This document shows positions 50,801 to 62,800 of a stretch of DNA of 64,000 nt, in pieces. The notes beneath the pieces are model-generated. The model made no database searches and was not told the DNA's origin. It worked only from the letters and a program-made list of their open reading frames with translations. Each line of letters starts with the position of its first letter. Position 1 is the stretch's first letter. Origin of the DNA: Macrostomum hystrix (Eukaryota > Animalia > Platyhelminthes); assembly GCA_950097015.1 (NCBI GenBank), contig CATNEN010000003.1:16075781-16139780 (forward strand), in the 5' to 3' direction. The position numbers were made by a program, and so were the translations under genes.

Positions 50801-53264
50801 AGAGTTTCAATCATGGCTAAACCAGATCTTGAATCATGACTAAACCAGAGTTTAAATCATGGCTAAAGCATCGTTTGAATCATGGCTAACCCAGAGTCTG
50901 AATCATGGCTAAACCAGACTTTGAATCATAGCCAACCAGAGTTTGAATCTTGGCTAAACCAGAGTTTCAATCATGGCTAACCCAGCGTTTGAATCATGGC
51001 TAAACCAGAGTTTGAATCATGGCAAAAACCAAGTTTCAATCATGGCTAACCCAGCGCTTGAATCATGGCTAAACCAGAGTTTGAATCATAGCCAACCAGA
51101 GTTTGAATCTTGGCTAAACCAGAGTCTGAATCATGGCAAAACGAGAGTTTGAATCATAGCCCACCAGGGTTTAAAACATGGCGAAACCTGAGTTTGAATC
51201 TTGGCTAACCCAGCGTTTGAAAAATCAACGTCAACTGGGGAGTCATCATCAAAATGGGGATCATGGTGAACTGGGGGATCATGGTAAACTGGGGGATAAT
51301 TGTCGACTGGGGGATCATTGTCAACTGGGGGATCATTGTCAACTGGGGGATCATTGTCAACTGGGGGATCATTGTCAACTGGGGGATCATTGTCAAATGG
51401 GGGATCATTGTCAACTGGGGGATCTTTGTCAACTGGGGGTTCATTGTCAACTGGGGGTTCATTGTCAACTGGGGGATCATTGTCAACTGGGGGATCATTG
51501 TGAACTGAGAGATCATTGTCAACTGGGGGGTAATGGTCAACTGGGGGATAATTGTCAACTGGGGAATCATCATCAACTGAGGATCATCATCAACTGGGGG
51601 ATCATTGAGAACTGGGGGATCTTTGTCAACTGGGGGATCATTGTGAACTGGGGGATCTTTGTCAACTGGGGGATCATTGTATACTGTGGGATCATTGTCA
51701 ACCGGCGGGATCTTTGTTAACTGGGGGATCATTGTCAACTGGGGGATCATTCTCAACTGGGGGATCATTGTCAACTGGGGGATCATCATCAACTGGGGGA
51801 TCATTGTCAACTGGGGGATCATTGTCAACTGGGGGATCATTGTCAACTGGGGGATCATTGTCAACTGGGTGATCATCATCAACTGGGGGATCATTGTCAA
51901 CTTGGGGAACATTGTTAACTGGGGATCATCATCAATGGGGAGACTTCATCAACTGGGGGATCATTGTGAACTGGGGGATCTTTGTTAACTGGGGGATCAT
52001 TGTCAACTGGGGGATCATTGTCAACTGGGGGATCATTGTCAACTGGGGGATCGTTGTCAACTGGGGGTTCATTGTCAACTGGGGGATCATTGTCAACTGG
52101 GGGATCATTGTCAACTGGGGGATCATTGTCAACTGGGAGATCGTTGTCAACTGGGGGTTCATTGTCAACTGGGGGATCATTGTCAACTGGGGGATCATTG
52201 TCAACTGGGGGATCATCATCAACTGGGGGATCATTGTCAACTGGGGGTTCATTGTCAACTGTGGGATCATTGTCAACCGGCGGGATCTTTGTTAACTGGG
52301 GGATCATTGTCAACTGAGGGATCATTCTCAACTGGGGGATCATTGTCAACTGGGGGATCATCATCAACTGGGGGATCATTGTCAACTGGGGGATCATTGT
52401 CAACTGGGGGATCATTGTCAACTGGGGGATCATTGTCAACTGGGTGATCATCATCAACTGGGGGATCATTGTCAACTGGGGGAACATTGTTAACTGGGGA
52501 TCATCATCAATGGGGAGACTTCATCAACTGGGGGATCATTGTGAACTGGGGGATCTTTGTTAACTGGGGGATCATTGTCAACTGGGGGATCATTGTCAAC
52601 TGGGGGATCATTGTCAACTGGGGGATCATTTTCAACTGGGGGATCATCATCAATGGGGAGACTTCATCAACTGGGGGATCATTGTGAACTGGGGGATCTT
52701 TGTTAACTGGGGGATCATTGTCAACTGGGGGATCATTGTCAACTGGGGGATCATTGTCAACTGGGGGATCATTTTCAACTGGGGGATCATCATCAACTGG
52801 GGGATCATCATCAACTGGGTGATCATTGTGAACTGGGGGATCTTTGTCAACTGGGGGATCATTGTCAACTGTGGGATCATTGTCAACTGGGGGATCATTG
52901 TCAACTGGGGGATCATTTTCAACTGGGGGATCATCATCAACTGGGGGATCATCATCAACTGGGTGATCATTGTGAACTGGGGGATCTTTGTCAACTGGGG
53001 GATCATTGTCAACTGTGGGATCATTGTCAACTGGGGGATCATTGTCAAATGGGGGATCATTGTCAACTGGGGGATCGTTGTCAACTGGGGGTTCATTGTT
53101 AACTGGGGTTTCATTGTCAACTGGGGGATCATTGTCAACTGGGGGATCATTGTCAACTGGGGGTTCATTGTAGCTTTAAAAAGCTGTAAATTCAGCTGCT
53201 AAAAAGTATATACTAGACGAATTAAAAGTATTTCTGCTCCCCGAAGGGGGGCAAAACTTGCTAG
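47842..53264 (+). mobile_element. Helitron U10, non-autonomous (gamma/a), 5423 bp; satellite A ~48420-51218, 18-bp satellite ~51225-53171
   Basis: TC start; hairpin plus CTAG at 53261-53264; repeat-derived ORFs identical to those of U9 at offset 5423. Confidence 0.9.
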
Positions 53265-56200
53265 TCCACTATACTAAAAATGAAATGGTTGGTTGGTTGG
53301 TTGGTTGCTTGCTTGTAATTGATTTTCTCCCGAACGGCTCAACCGATTTTCACCATTTCTTCACCAAAAGATGCTAAATATGGGGACAATTTTACACGTA
53401 TTTTTATTAAGCTGAACTTCATTGCTAAGGGGATTAAATATTCGAAAAACATGATTTTTTAAAGGTCAAACCATCTTGGCCTATTGAGAATTTCACTGAC
53501 AGCCACTGAATTAGAATTGCATCGTCAAATTGCGCAACAACCCCTAGCTGATTGAATTTGAAGCCTGCACTCTGGAGACAAATTTGAAATAAATGTACAC
53601 AACCAACTGCGAGACTGAGTGTACTCTATTTTCTTACTTCATTGTACAAAGCCAGAACTTTGAGAATTCATTTTATAAGGCTGATTTTTGCACCCACTAA
53701 CCAACAGTCGGAATAGCCGATGTGTAGGCACTAGGAATAGGTTAGGCTAGGCTAGGGTTCGATTCTGCACTGGGTCAAATCATTTAGACTAATTTTCAGC
53801 CAGTAGTGATTGAAGATTATTTTATATTATTTTTTTCATTTCGTAAATAAAATATCATAAATCATAGCAAATCTGAGTTTGAATCATGGCTAAACCAGAG
53901 TTTGAATCATGGCTAAACCAGCGTCTGAATCATGGCTAAACCAGAGTTTGAATCATGGCTAAACCAGAGTCTGAATCATGGCTAAACCAGAGTTTAAATC
54001 ATGGCTAAACCAGAGTCTGAATCATGGCTTAACCAGAGTTTGAATCATGGCTAAACCAGAGTCTGAATCATGGCTAAACCAGCGTCTGAATCATGGCTAA
54101 ACCAGAGTTTGAACCATGGCTAAACCAGAGTCTGAATCATGGCTAAACCAGAGTTTAAATCATGGCTAAACCAGAGTCTGAATCATGGCTAAACCAGAGT
54201 TTCAATCATGGCTAAACCAGCGTCTGAATCATGGCTAAACCAGCGTCTGAATCATGGCTAAACCAGAGTTTGAATCATGGCTAAACCAGAGTCTGAATCA
54301 TGGCTAAACCAGCGTCTGAATCATGGCTAAACCAGAGTCTGAATCATGGCTAAACCAGAGTTTGAAACATGGCTAAACCAGAGCTTGAATCATGGCAAAA
54401 CCAGAGTCTGAATCATGGCTAAACCAGAGTCTGAATCATGGCAAAACGAGAGTTTGAATCATAGCCCACCAGGGTTTAAAACATGGCTAAACCAGAGTTT
54501 GAATCTTGGCTAAACCAGAGTTTGAATCATAGCCAACCAGAGTCTGAATCATGGCAAAACGAGAGTTTGAATCATAGCCCACCAGGGTTTAAAACATGGC
54601 GAAACCTGAGTTTAACCTGGTTGGTTGGTTGGTTGCTTGCTTGTAATTGATTTTCTCCCGAACGGCTCAACCGATTTTCACCATTTCTTCACCAAAAGAT
54701 GCTAAATATGGGGACAATTTTACACGTATTTTTATTAAGCTGAACTTCATTGCTAAGGGGATTAAATATTCGAAAAACATGATTTTTTAAAGGTCAAACC
54801 ATCTTGGCCTATTGAGAATTTCTGGCTCTGGCTAAACCAGAGTCTGAATCATGGCTAAACCAGCGTCTGAATCATGGCTAAACCAGAGTTTGAACCATGG
54901 CTAAACCAGAGTCTGAATCATGGCTAAACCAGAGTTTAAATCATGGCTAAACCAGAGTCTGAATCATGGCTAAACCAGAGTTTCAATCATGGCTAAACCA
55001 GCGTCTGAATCATGGCTAAACCAGCGTCTGAATCATGGCTAAACCAGAGTTTGAATCATGGCTAAACCAGAGTCTGAATCATGTCTAAACCAGCGTCTGA
55101 ATCATGGCTAAACCAGAGTCTGAATCATGGCTAAACCAGAGTCTGAATCATGGCTAAACCAGAGTTTGAAACATGGCTAAACCAGAGCTTGAATCATGGC
55201 AAAACCAGAGTCTGAATCATGGCTAAACCAGAGTCTGAATCATGGCAAAACGAGAGTTTGAATCATAGCCCACCAGGGTTTAAAACATGGCTAAACCAGA
55301 GTTTGAATCTTGGCTAAACCAGAGTTTGAATCATAGCCAACCAGAGTCTGAATCATGGCAAAACGAGAGTTTGAATCATAGCCCACCAGGGTTTAAAACA
55401 TGGCGAAACCTGAGTTTAAATCATGGCTAAACCAGAGTCTGAATCATGGCTTAACCAGAGTTTAAATCATGGCTAAACCAGAGTCTGAATCATGGCTAAA
55501 CCAGAGTTTCAATCATGGCTAAACCAGCGTCTGAATCATGGCTAAACCAGCGTCTGAATCATGGCTAAACCAGAGTCTGAATCATGGCTAAACCAGAGTT
55601 TGAATCATGGCTAAACCAGAGTTTGAAACATGGCTAAACCAGAGCTTGAATCATGGCAAAACCAGAGTCTGAATCATGGCTAAACCAGAGTTTAAATCAT
55701 GGCTAAACCAGAGTTTGAATCATAGCCAACCAGAGTCTGAATCATGGCAAAACGAGAGTTTGAATCATAGCCCACCAGGGTTTAAAACATGGCTAAACCA
55801 GAGTTTGAATCTTGGCTAAACCAGAGTTTGAATCATAGCCAACCAGAGTCTGAATCATGGCAAAACGAGAGTTTGAACCATAGCCCACCAGGGTTTAAAA
55901 CATGGCGAAACCTGAGTTTAAATCATGGCTAAACCAGAGTCTGAATCATGGCTTAACCAGAGTTTAAATCATGGCTAAACCAGAGTCTGAATCATGGCTA
56001 AACCAGAGTTTCAATCATGGCTAAACCAGCGTCTGAATCATGGCTAAACCAGCGTCTGAATCATGGCTAAACCAGAGTCTGAATCATGGCTAAACCAGAG
56101 TTTGAATCATGGCTAAACCAGAGTTTGAAACATGGCTAAACCAGAGCTTGAATCATGGCAAAACCAGAGTCTGAATCATGGCTAAACCAGAGTTTAAATC

Positions 56201-59160
56201 ATGGCTAAACCAGAGTTTGAATCATAGCCAACCAGAGTCTGAATCATGGCAAAACGAGAGTTTGAATCATAGCCCACCAGGGTTTAAAACATGGCTAAAC
56301 CAGAGTTTGAATCTTGGCTAAACCAGAGTTTGAATCATAGCCAACCAGAGTCTGAATCATGGCAAAACGAGAGTTTGAATCATAGCCCACCAGGGTTTAA
56401 AACATGGCGAAACCAGAGTCTGAATCATGGCTTAACCAGAGTTTGAATCATGGCTAAACCAGAGTCTGAATCATGGCTAAACCAGCGTCTGAATCATGGC
56501 TAAACCAGAGTTTGAACCATGGCTAAACCAGAGTCTGAATCATGGCTAAACCAGAGTTTCAATCATGGCTAAACCAGCGTCTGAATCATGGCTAAACCAG
56601 CGTCTGAATCATGGCTAAACCAGAGTTTGAATCATGGCTAAACCAGAGTCTGAATCATGGCTAAACCAGCGTCTGAATCATGGCTAAACCAGAGTCTGAA
56701 TCATGGCTAAACCAGAGTCTGAATCATGGCTAAACCAGAGTTTGAATCATGGCTAAACCAGAGTTTGAAACATGGCTAAACCAGAGCTTGAATCATGGCA
56801 AAACCAGAGTCTGAATCATGGCTAAACCAGAGTTTGAATCATGGCTAAACCAGAGTCTGAATCATGGCTAAACCAGCGTCTGAATCATGGCTAAACCAGA
56901 GTCTGAATCATGGCTAAACCAGAGTCTGAATCATGGCTAAACCAGAGTTTGAATCATGGCTAAACCAGAGTTTGAAACATGGCTAAACCAGAGCTTGAAT
57001 CATGGCAAAACCAGAGTCTGAATCATGGCTAAACCAGAGTCTGAATCATGGCAAAACGAGAGTTTGAATCATAGCCCACCAGGGTTTAAAACATGGCTAA
57101 ACCAGAGTTTGAATCTTGGCTAAACCAGAGTTTGAATCATAGCCAACCAGAGTCTGAATCATGGCAAAACGCGAGTTTGAATCATAGCCCACCAGGGTTT
57201 AAAACATGGCGAAACCTGAGTTTGAATCTTGGCTAACCCAGTGTTTGAAAAATCAACGTCAACTGGGGAGTCATCATCAAATTGGGGATCATGGTGAACT
57301 GGGGGATAATCGTCAACTGGGGAATCATGGTAAACTGGGGGATAATTGTCAACTGGGGGATCATTGTCAACTGGGGGATCATTGTCAACTGGGGGATCAT
57401 TGTCAACTGGGGGATCATTGTCAACTGGGGGATCATCGTCAACTGGGGGATCATTGTCAACTGGGGTATCATTTTCAACTGGGGGATCATTGTCAACTAG
57501 GGGATCATTGTCCACTGGGGAATGATTGTCAACTGGGTAATCATGTCAACTGGGGGATCATTGTCAACTGGGGGATCATTGTCAACTGTAGGATCATTGT
57601 CAACTAGGGGATCATGGCCAACTGGGGATCATTGTGAACTGGGTGATCATTGTCAACTGGGGGATCGTCTTCAACTGGGGGATCATTGTCAACTGGGAGA
57701 TCATTGTAAACTGGGGGATCATCATCAACTGGGGGATCATTGTCAACTGGGGGATCATTGTCAACTGTAGGATCATTGTCAACTAGGGGATCATGGCCAA
57801 CTGGGGATCATTGTGAACTGGGTGATCATTGTCAACTGGGGGATCATCTTCAACTGGGGGATCATTGTCAACTGGGAGATCATTGTAAACTGGGGGATCA
57901 TCATCAACTGGGGGATCATTGTCAACTGTGGGATCATTGTCAACTAGGGGATCATGGCCAACTGGGGATCATTGTGAACTGGGTGATCATTGTCAACTGG
58001 GGGATCATCTTCAACTGGGTGATCATTGTCAACTGGGGTATCATTGTAAACTGGGGGATCATTGTCCACTGGGGAATGATTGTCAACTGGGTAAACATTG
58101 TCAACTGGGTAATCATTGTCAACTGGGGGATCATTGTCAACTGGGGGATCATTGTCAACTGGGGGATCATTGTCAACTGGGGGATCATTGTAAACTGGGG
58201 GATCATTTTCAACTGGGAGATCATTGTAAACTGGGGAATCATCATCAACTGGGGGATCATTGTAAACTGGGGGATCATTGTCAACTGTGGGATCATTGTC
58301 AACTAGGGGATCATGGCCAACTGGGGATCATTGTGAACTGGGGGATCATTGTCAACTGGGGGAACATTGTCAACTGGGGGATCATTGTCAACTGGGAGAT
58401 CATTGTAAACTGGGGAATCATCATCAACTGGGGGATCATTGTATACTGGGGGATCATTGTCAACTGTGGGATCATTGTCAAGTAGGGGATCATGGCCAAC
58501 TGGGGATCATTGTGAACTGGGGGATCATTGTCAACTGGGGGAACATTGTCAACTGGGGGATCATTGTCAACTGGGAGATCATTGTAAACTGGGGAATCAT
58601 CATCAACTGGGGGATCATTGTAAACTGGGGGATCATTGTCAACTGTGGGATCATTGTCAACTAGGGGATCATGGCCAACTGGGGATCATTGTGAACTGGG
58701 GGATCATTGTCAACTGGTGGATCATTGTCAACTGGGAGATCATTGTCAACTGGGGGATCATTGTCAACTGGGGGATCATTGTCAACTGGAGGATCATTGT
58801 CAACTGGGTGATCATTATCAACTGGGGGATCATTGTCAACTGGGGGATCATTGTCAACTGTGGGATCATTGTCAACTGGGGGATCATTGTCAACTGGTGG
58901 ATCATTGTCAACTGGGAGATCATTGTCAACTGGGAGATCATTGTCAACTGGGGGATCATTGTCAACTGGGGGATCATTGTCAACTGGGTGATCATTATCA
59001 ACTGGGGGATCATTGTGAACTGGGGGATCATTGTCAACTGGGGGATCATTGTCAACTGATCATTGTAGCGCAAAAAAGGCTGACAATACAGCTGCTAAAA
59101 AGTATATACTGGACGAGTTAAAAATATTTCTGCTCCCCGAAGGGGGGCAAAACTTGCTAG
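53265..59160 (+). mobile_element. Helitron U11, non-autonomous (gamma/a); satellite A ~53860-57246, 18-bp satellite ~57250-59066
   Basis: TC start; hairpin plus CTAG ending at 59160. Confidence 0.9.
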
Positions 59161-59488
59161 TCTAATATACTAAAAATGAAAATCTTGCTTGCTTGTTTGC
59201 AATCGACTAGCTCCCGAACGGCTCAACCGATTTTCGCAATTCCTTCGCCAAAAGATCACAAATGGGCCGGAATCGGTACACGTAATTTTATTAAGCTTAA
59301 TTCCATTGCCAAGGGGATTAAATATTCGAAAAACAGTTTTAAATAGGCTTTTCTAATGCATTCTTGTTTTCAGCTTGTGCACAGTGAGGCCTCCAGTGCC
59401 AATTTTAATGATTGCATCAGAGCCAGTTTTGATAACGCACTGATAAGAACTCCAGTGAGGCTACCCAGAGGGTAGCGAAGGCAGCTAG
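59161..59488 (+). mobile_element. Helitron U12, 328-bp mini (beta/b)
   Basis: TC start, hairpin, CTAG at 59485-59488. Confidence 0.9.
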
Positions 59489-59823
59489 TCTTTCTAATAT
59501 ACTAAAAATGAAAATCTTGCTTGCTTGTATGTTTGCAATCGACTAGCTCCCGAACGGCTCAACCGATTTTCGCAATTCCTTCGCTAAAAGATCACAATTG
59601 GTCCCGAATCGGTACACGTATTTTTATTAAGCTTAATTCCATTGCCAAGGGGATTAAATATTCGAAAAACAGTTTTAAATAGGCTTTTCTAATGCATTCT
59701 TGTTTTCAGCTTGTGCACAGTGAGGCTCCAGTGCCAACTTTAATGATTGCATCAGAGCCAGTTTTGATAACAAACTGATAAGAACTCCAGTGAGGCTACC
59801 CAGAGGGTAGCGAAGGCAGCTAG
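59489..59823 (+). mobile_element. Helitron U13, mini (beta/b), with 4 extra nt TCTT before the usual start at 59493
   Basis: CTAG|TCTT|TCTAATATAC; hairpin; CTAG at 59820-59823. Confidence 0.88.
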
Positions 59824-62800
59824 TCCACTATACTAAAAATGAAATGCTTGCTTGCTTGTAATTGATTTTCTCCCGAACGGCTCAACCGATTTTCACCATT
59901 TCTTCACCAAAAGATGCCAAATATGGGGACAATTTTACACGTATTTTTATTAAGCTTAACTTCATTGCTAAGGGGATTAAATATTCGAAAAACATGATTT
60001 TTTAAAGGTCAAACCATCTTGGCCTATTGAGAATTTCACTGACAGCCACTGAATTAGAATTGCATCGTCAAATTGCGCAACAACCCCTAGCTGATTGAAT
60101 TTGAAGCCTGCACTCTGGAGAAAAAATTGAAATAAATGTACACAACCAACCGCGAGACTGAGTGTACTCTATTTTCTTACTTCATTGTGCAAAGCCAGAA
60201 CTTTGAGAATTCATTTTATAAGGCTGATTTTTGCACCCACTAACCAACAGTCGGAATAGCCGATGTGTAGGCACTAGGAATAGGTTAGGCTAGGCTAGGG
60301 TTCGATTCTGCACTGCGTCAAATCATTTAGACTAATTTTCAGCCAGTAGTGATTGAAGATTATTTTAATTTATTTTTTCATTTCGTAAATAAAATATCAT
60401 AAATCATAGCAAATCTGAGTTTGAATCATTGCAACAATAGAGTCTGAATCATGGCTAAACCAGAGTCTGAATCATGGCTAAACCATCGTTTGAATCATGG
60501 CTAAACCATCGTTTGAATCATGGCTAAACAATTGTTTGAATCATGGCTAAACCAGAGTTTGAATCATGGCTAAACCAGAGTCTGAATCATGGCTAAACCA
60601 GATCTTGAACCATGGCTAAACCATCGTTTGAATCATGGCTAAACCAGAGTCTGAATCATGGCTAAACCAGATCTTGAATCATGGCTAAACAATTGTTTGA
60701 ATCATGGCTAAACCAGAGTTTAAATCATGGCAAAACCAGATCTTGAATCATGGCTAAACAATTGTTTGAATCATGGCTAAACCAGAGTTTGAATCATGGC
60801 TAAACCATCGTTTGAATCATGGCTAAACCAGATCTTGAATCATGGCTAAACAATTGTTTGAATCATGGCTAAACCAGAGTTTGAATCATGGCAAAACCAG
60901 AGTTTGAATCATGGCCAACCAGAGTTTGAATCATGGCTAAACCAGAGTTTGAATCATGGCTAAACCAGCGTTTGAATCATGGCTAAACCATCGTTTGAAT
61001 CATGGCTAAACCAGAGTTTGAATCATGGCAAAACCAGAGTTTGAATCATGGCCAACCAGAGTTTGAATCATGGCTAAACCAGAGTTTGAATCATGGCTAA
61101 ACCAGCGTTTGAATCATGGCTAAACCAGAGTCTGAATCATGGCTAAACCAGAGTCTGAATCATGGCTAAACCAGAGTCTGAATCATGGCTAAACCAGAGT
61201 CTGAATCATGGCTAAACCAGAGTCTGAATCATGGCTAAACCAGAGTCTGAATCATGGCTAAACCAGAGTTTCAATCATGGCTAAACCAGATCTTGAATCA
61301 TGACTAAACCAGAGTTTAAATCATGGCTAAACCATCGTTTGAATCATGGCTAACCCAGAGTCTGAATCATGGCTAAACCAGATCTTGAATCATGGCTAAA
61401 CCCGATCTTGAATCATGGCTAAACCAGAGTTTCAATCATGGCTAAACCAGATCTTGAATCATGACTAAACCAGAGTTTAAATCATGGCTAAAGCATCGTT
61501 TGAATCATGGCTAACCCAGAGTCTGAATCATGGCTAAACCAGATCTTGAATCATGGCTAAACCCGATCTTGAATCATGGCTAAACCAGAGTTTCAATCAT
61601 GGCTAAACCAGATCTTGAATCATGACTAAACCAGAGTTTAAATCATGGCTAAAGCATCGTTTGAATCATGGCTAACCCAGAGTCTGAATCATGGCTAAAC
61701 CAGATCTTGAATCATGGCTAAACCCGATCTTGAATCATGGCTAAACCAGAGTTTCAATCATGGCTAAACCAGATCTTGAATCATGACTAAACCAGAGTTT
61801 AAATCATGGCTAAAGCATCGTTTGAATCATGGCTAACCCAGAGTCTGAATCATGGCTAAACCAGATCTTGAATCATGGCTAAACCCGATCTTGAATCATG
61901 GCTAAACCAGAGTTTCAATCATGGCTAAACCAGATCTTGAATCATGACTAAACCAGAGTTTAAATCATGGCTAAAGCATCGTTTGAATCATGGCTAAACC
62001 ATCGTTTGAATCATGGCTAAACCATCGTTTGAATCATGGCTAAACCAGATTTTGAATCATTGCTAAACCAGATCTTGATTCATGGCTAAACCAGAGTTTA
62101 AATCATGGCTAAACCAGAGTCTGAATCATGGCTAAACCAGATCTTGAATCATGGCTAAACCATTGTTTGAATCATGGCTAAACCAGAGTCTGAATCATGG
62201 CTAAACCAGAGTCTGAATCATGGCTAAACCAGATCTTGAATCATGGCTAAACCCGATCTTGAATCATGGCTAAACCATCGTTTGAATCATGGCTAAACCA
62301 TCGTTTGAATCATGACTAAACCATCGTTTGAATCATGGCTAAACCAGATTTTGAATCATGGCTAAACCATCGTTTGAATCATGACTAAACCATCGTTTGA
62401 ATCATGGCTAAACCAGATTTTGAATCATGGCTAAACCATCGTTTGAATCATGGCTAAACCAGAGTTTCAATCATGGCTAAACCAGATCTTGAATCATGAC
62501 TAAACCAGAGTTTAAATCATGGCTAAACCATCGTTTGAATCATGGCTAACCCAGAGTCTGAATCATGGCTAAACCAGATCTTGAATCATGGCTAAACCCG
62601 ATCTTGAATCATGGCTAAACCAGAGTTTCAATCATGGCTAAACCAGATCTTGAATCATGACTAAACCAGAGTTTAAATCATGGCTAAAGCATCGTTTGAA
62701 TCATGGCTAACCCAGAGTCTGAATCATGGCTAAACCAGATCTTGAATCATGGCTAAACCCGATCTTGAATCATGGCTAAACCAGAGTTTCAATCATGGCT

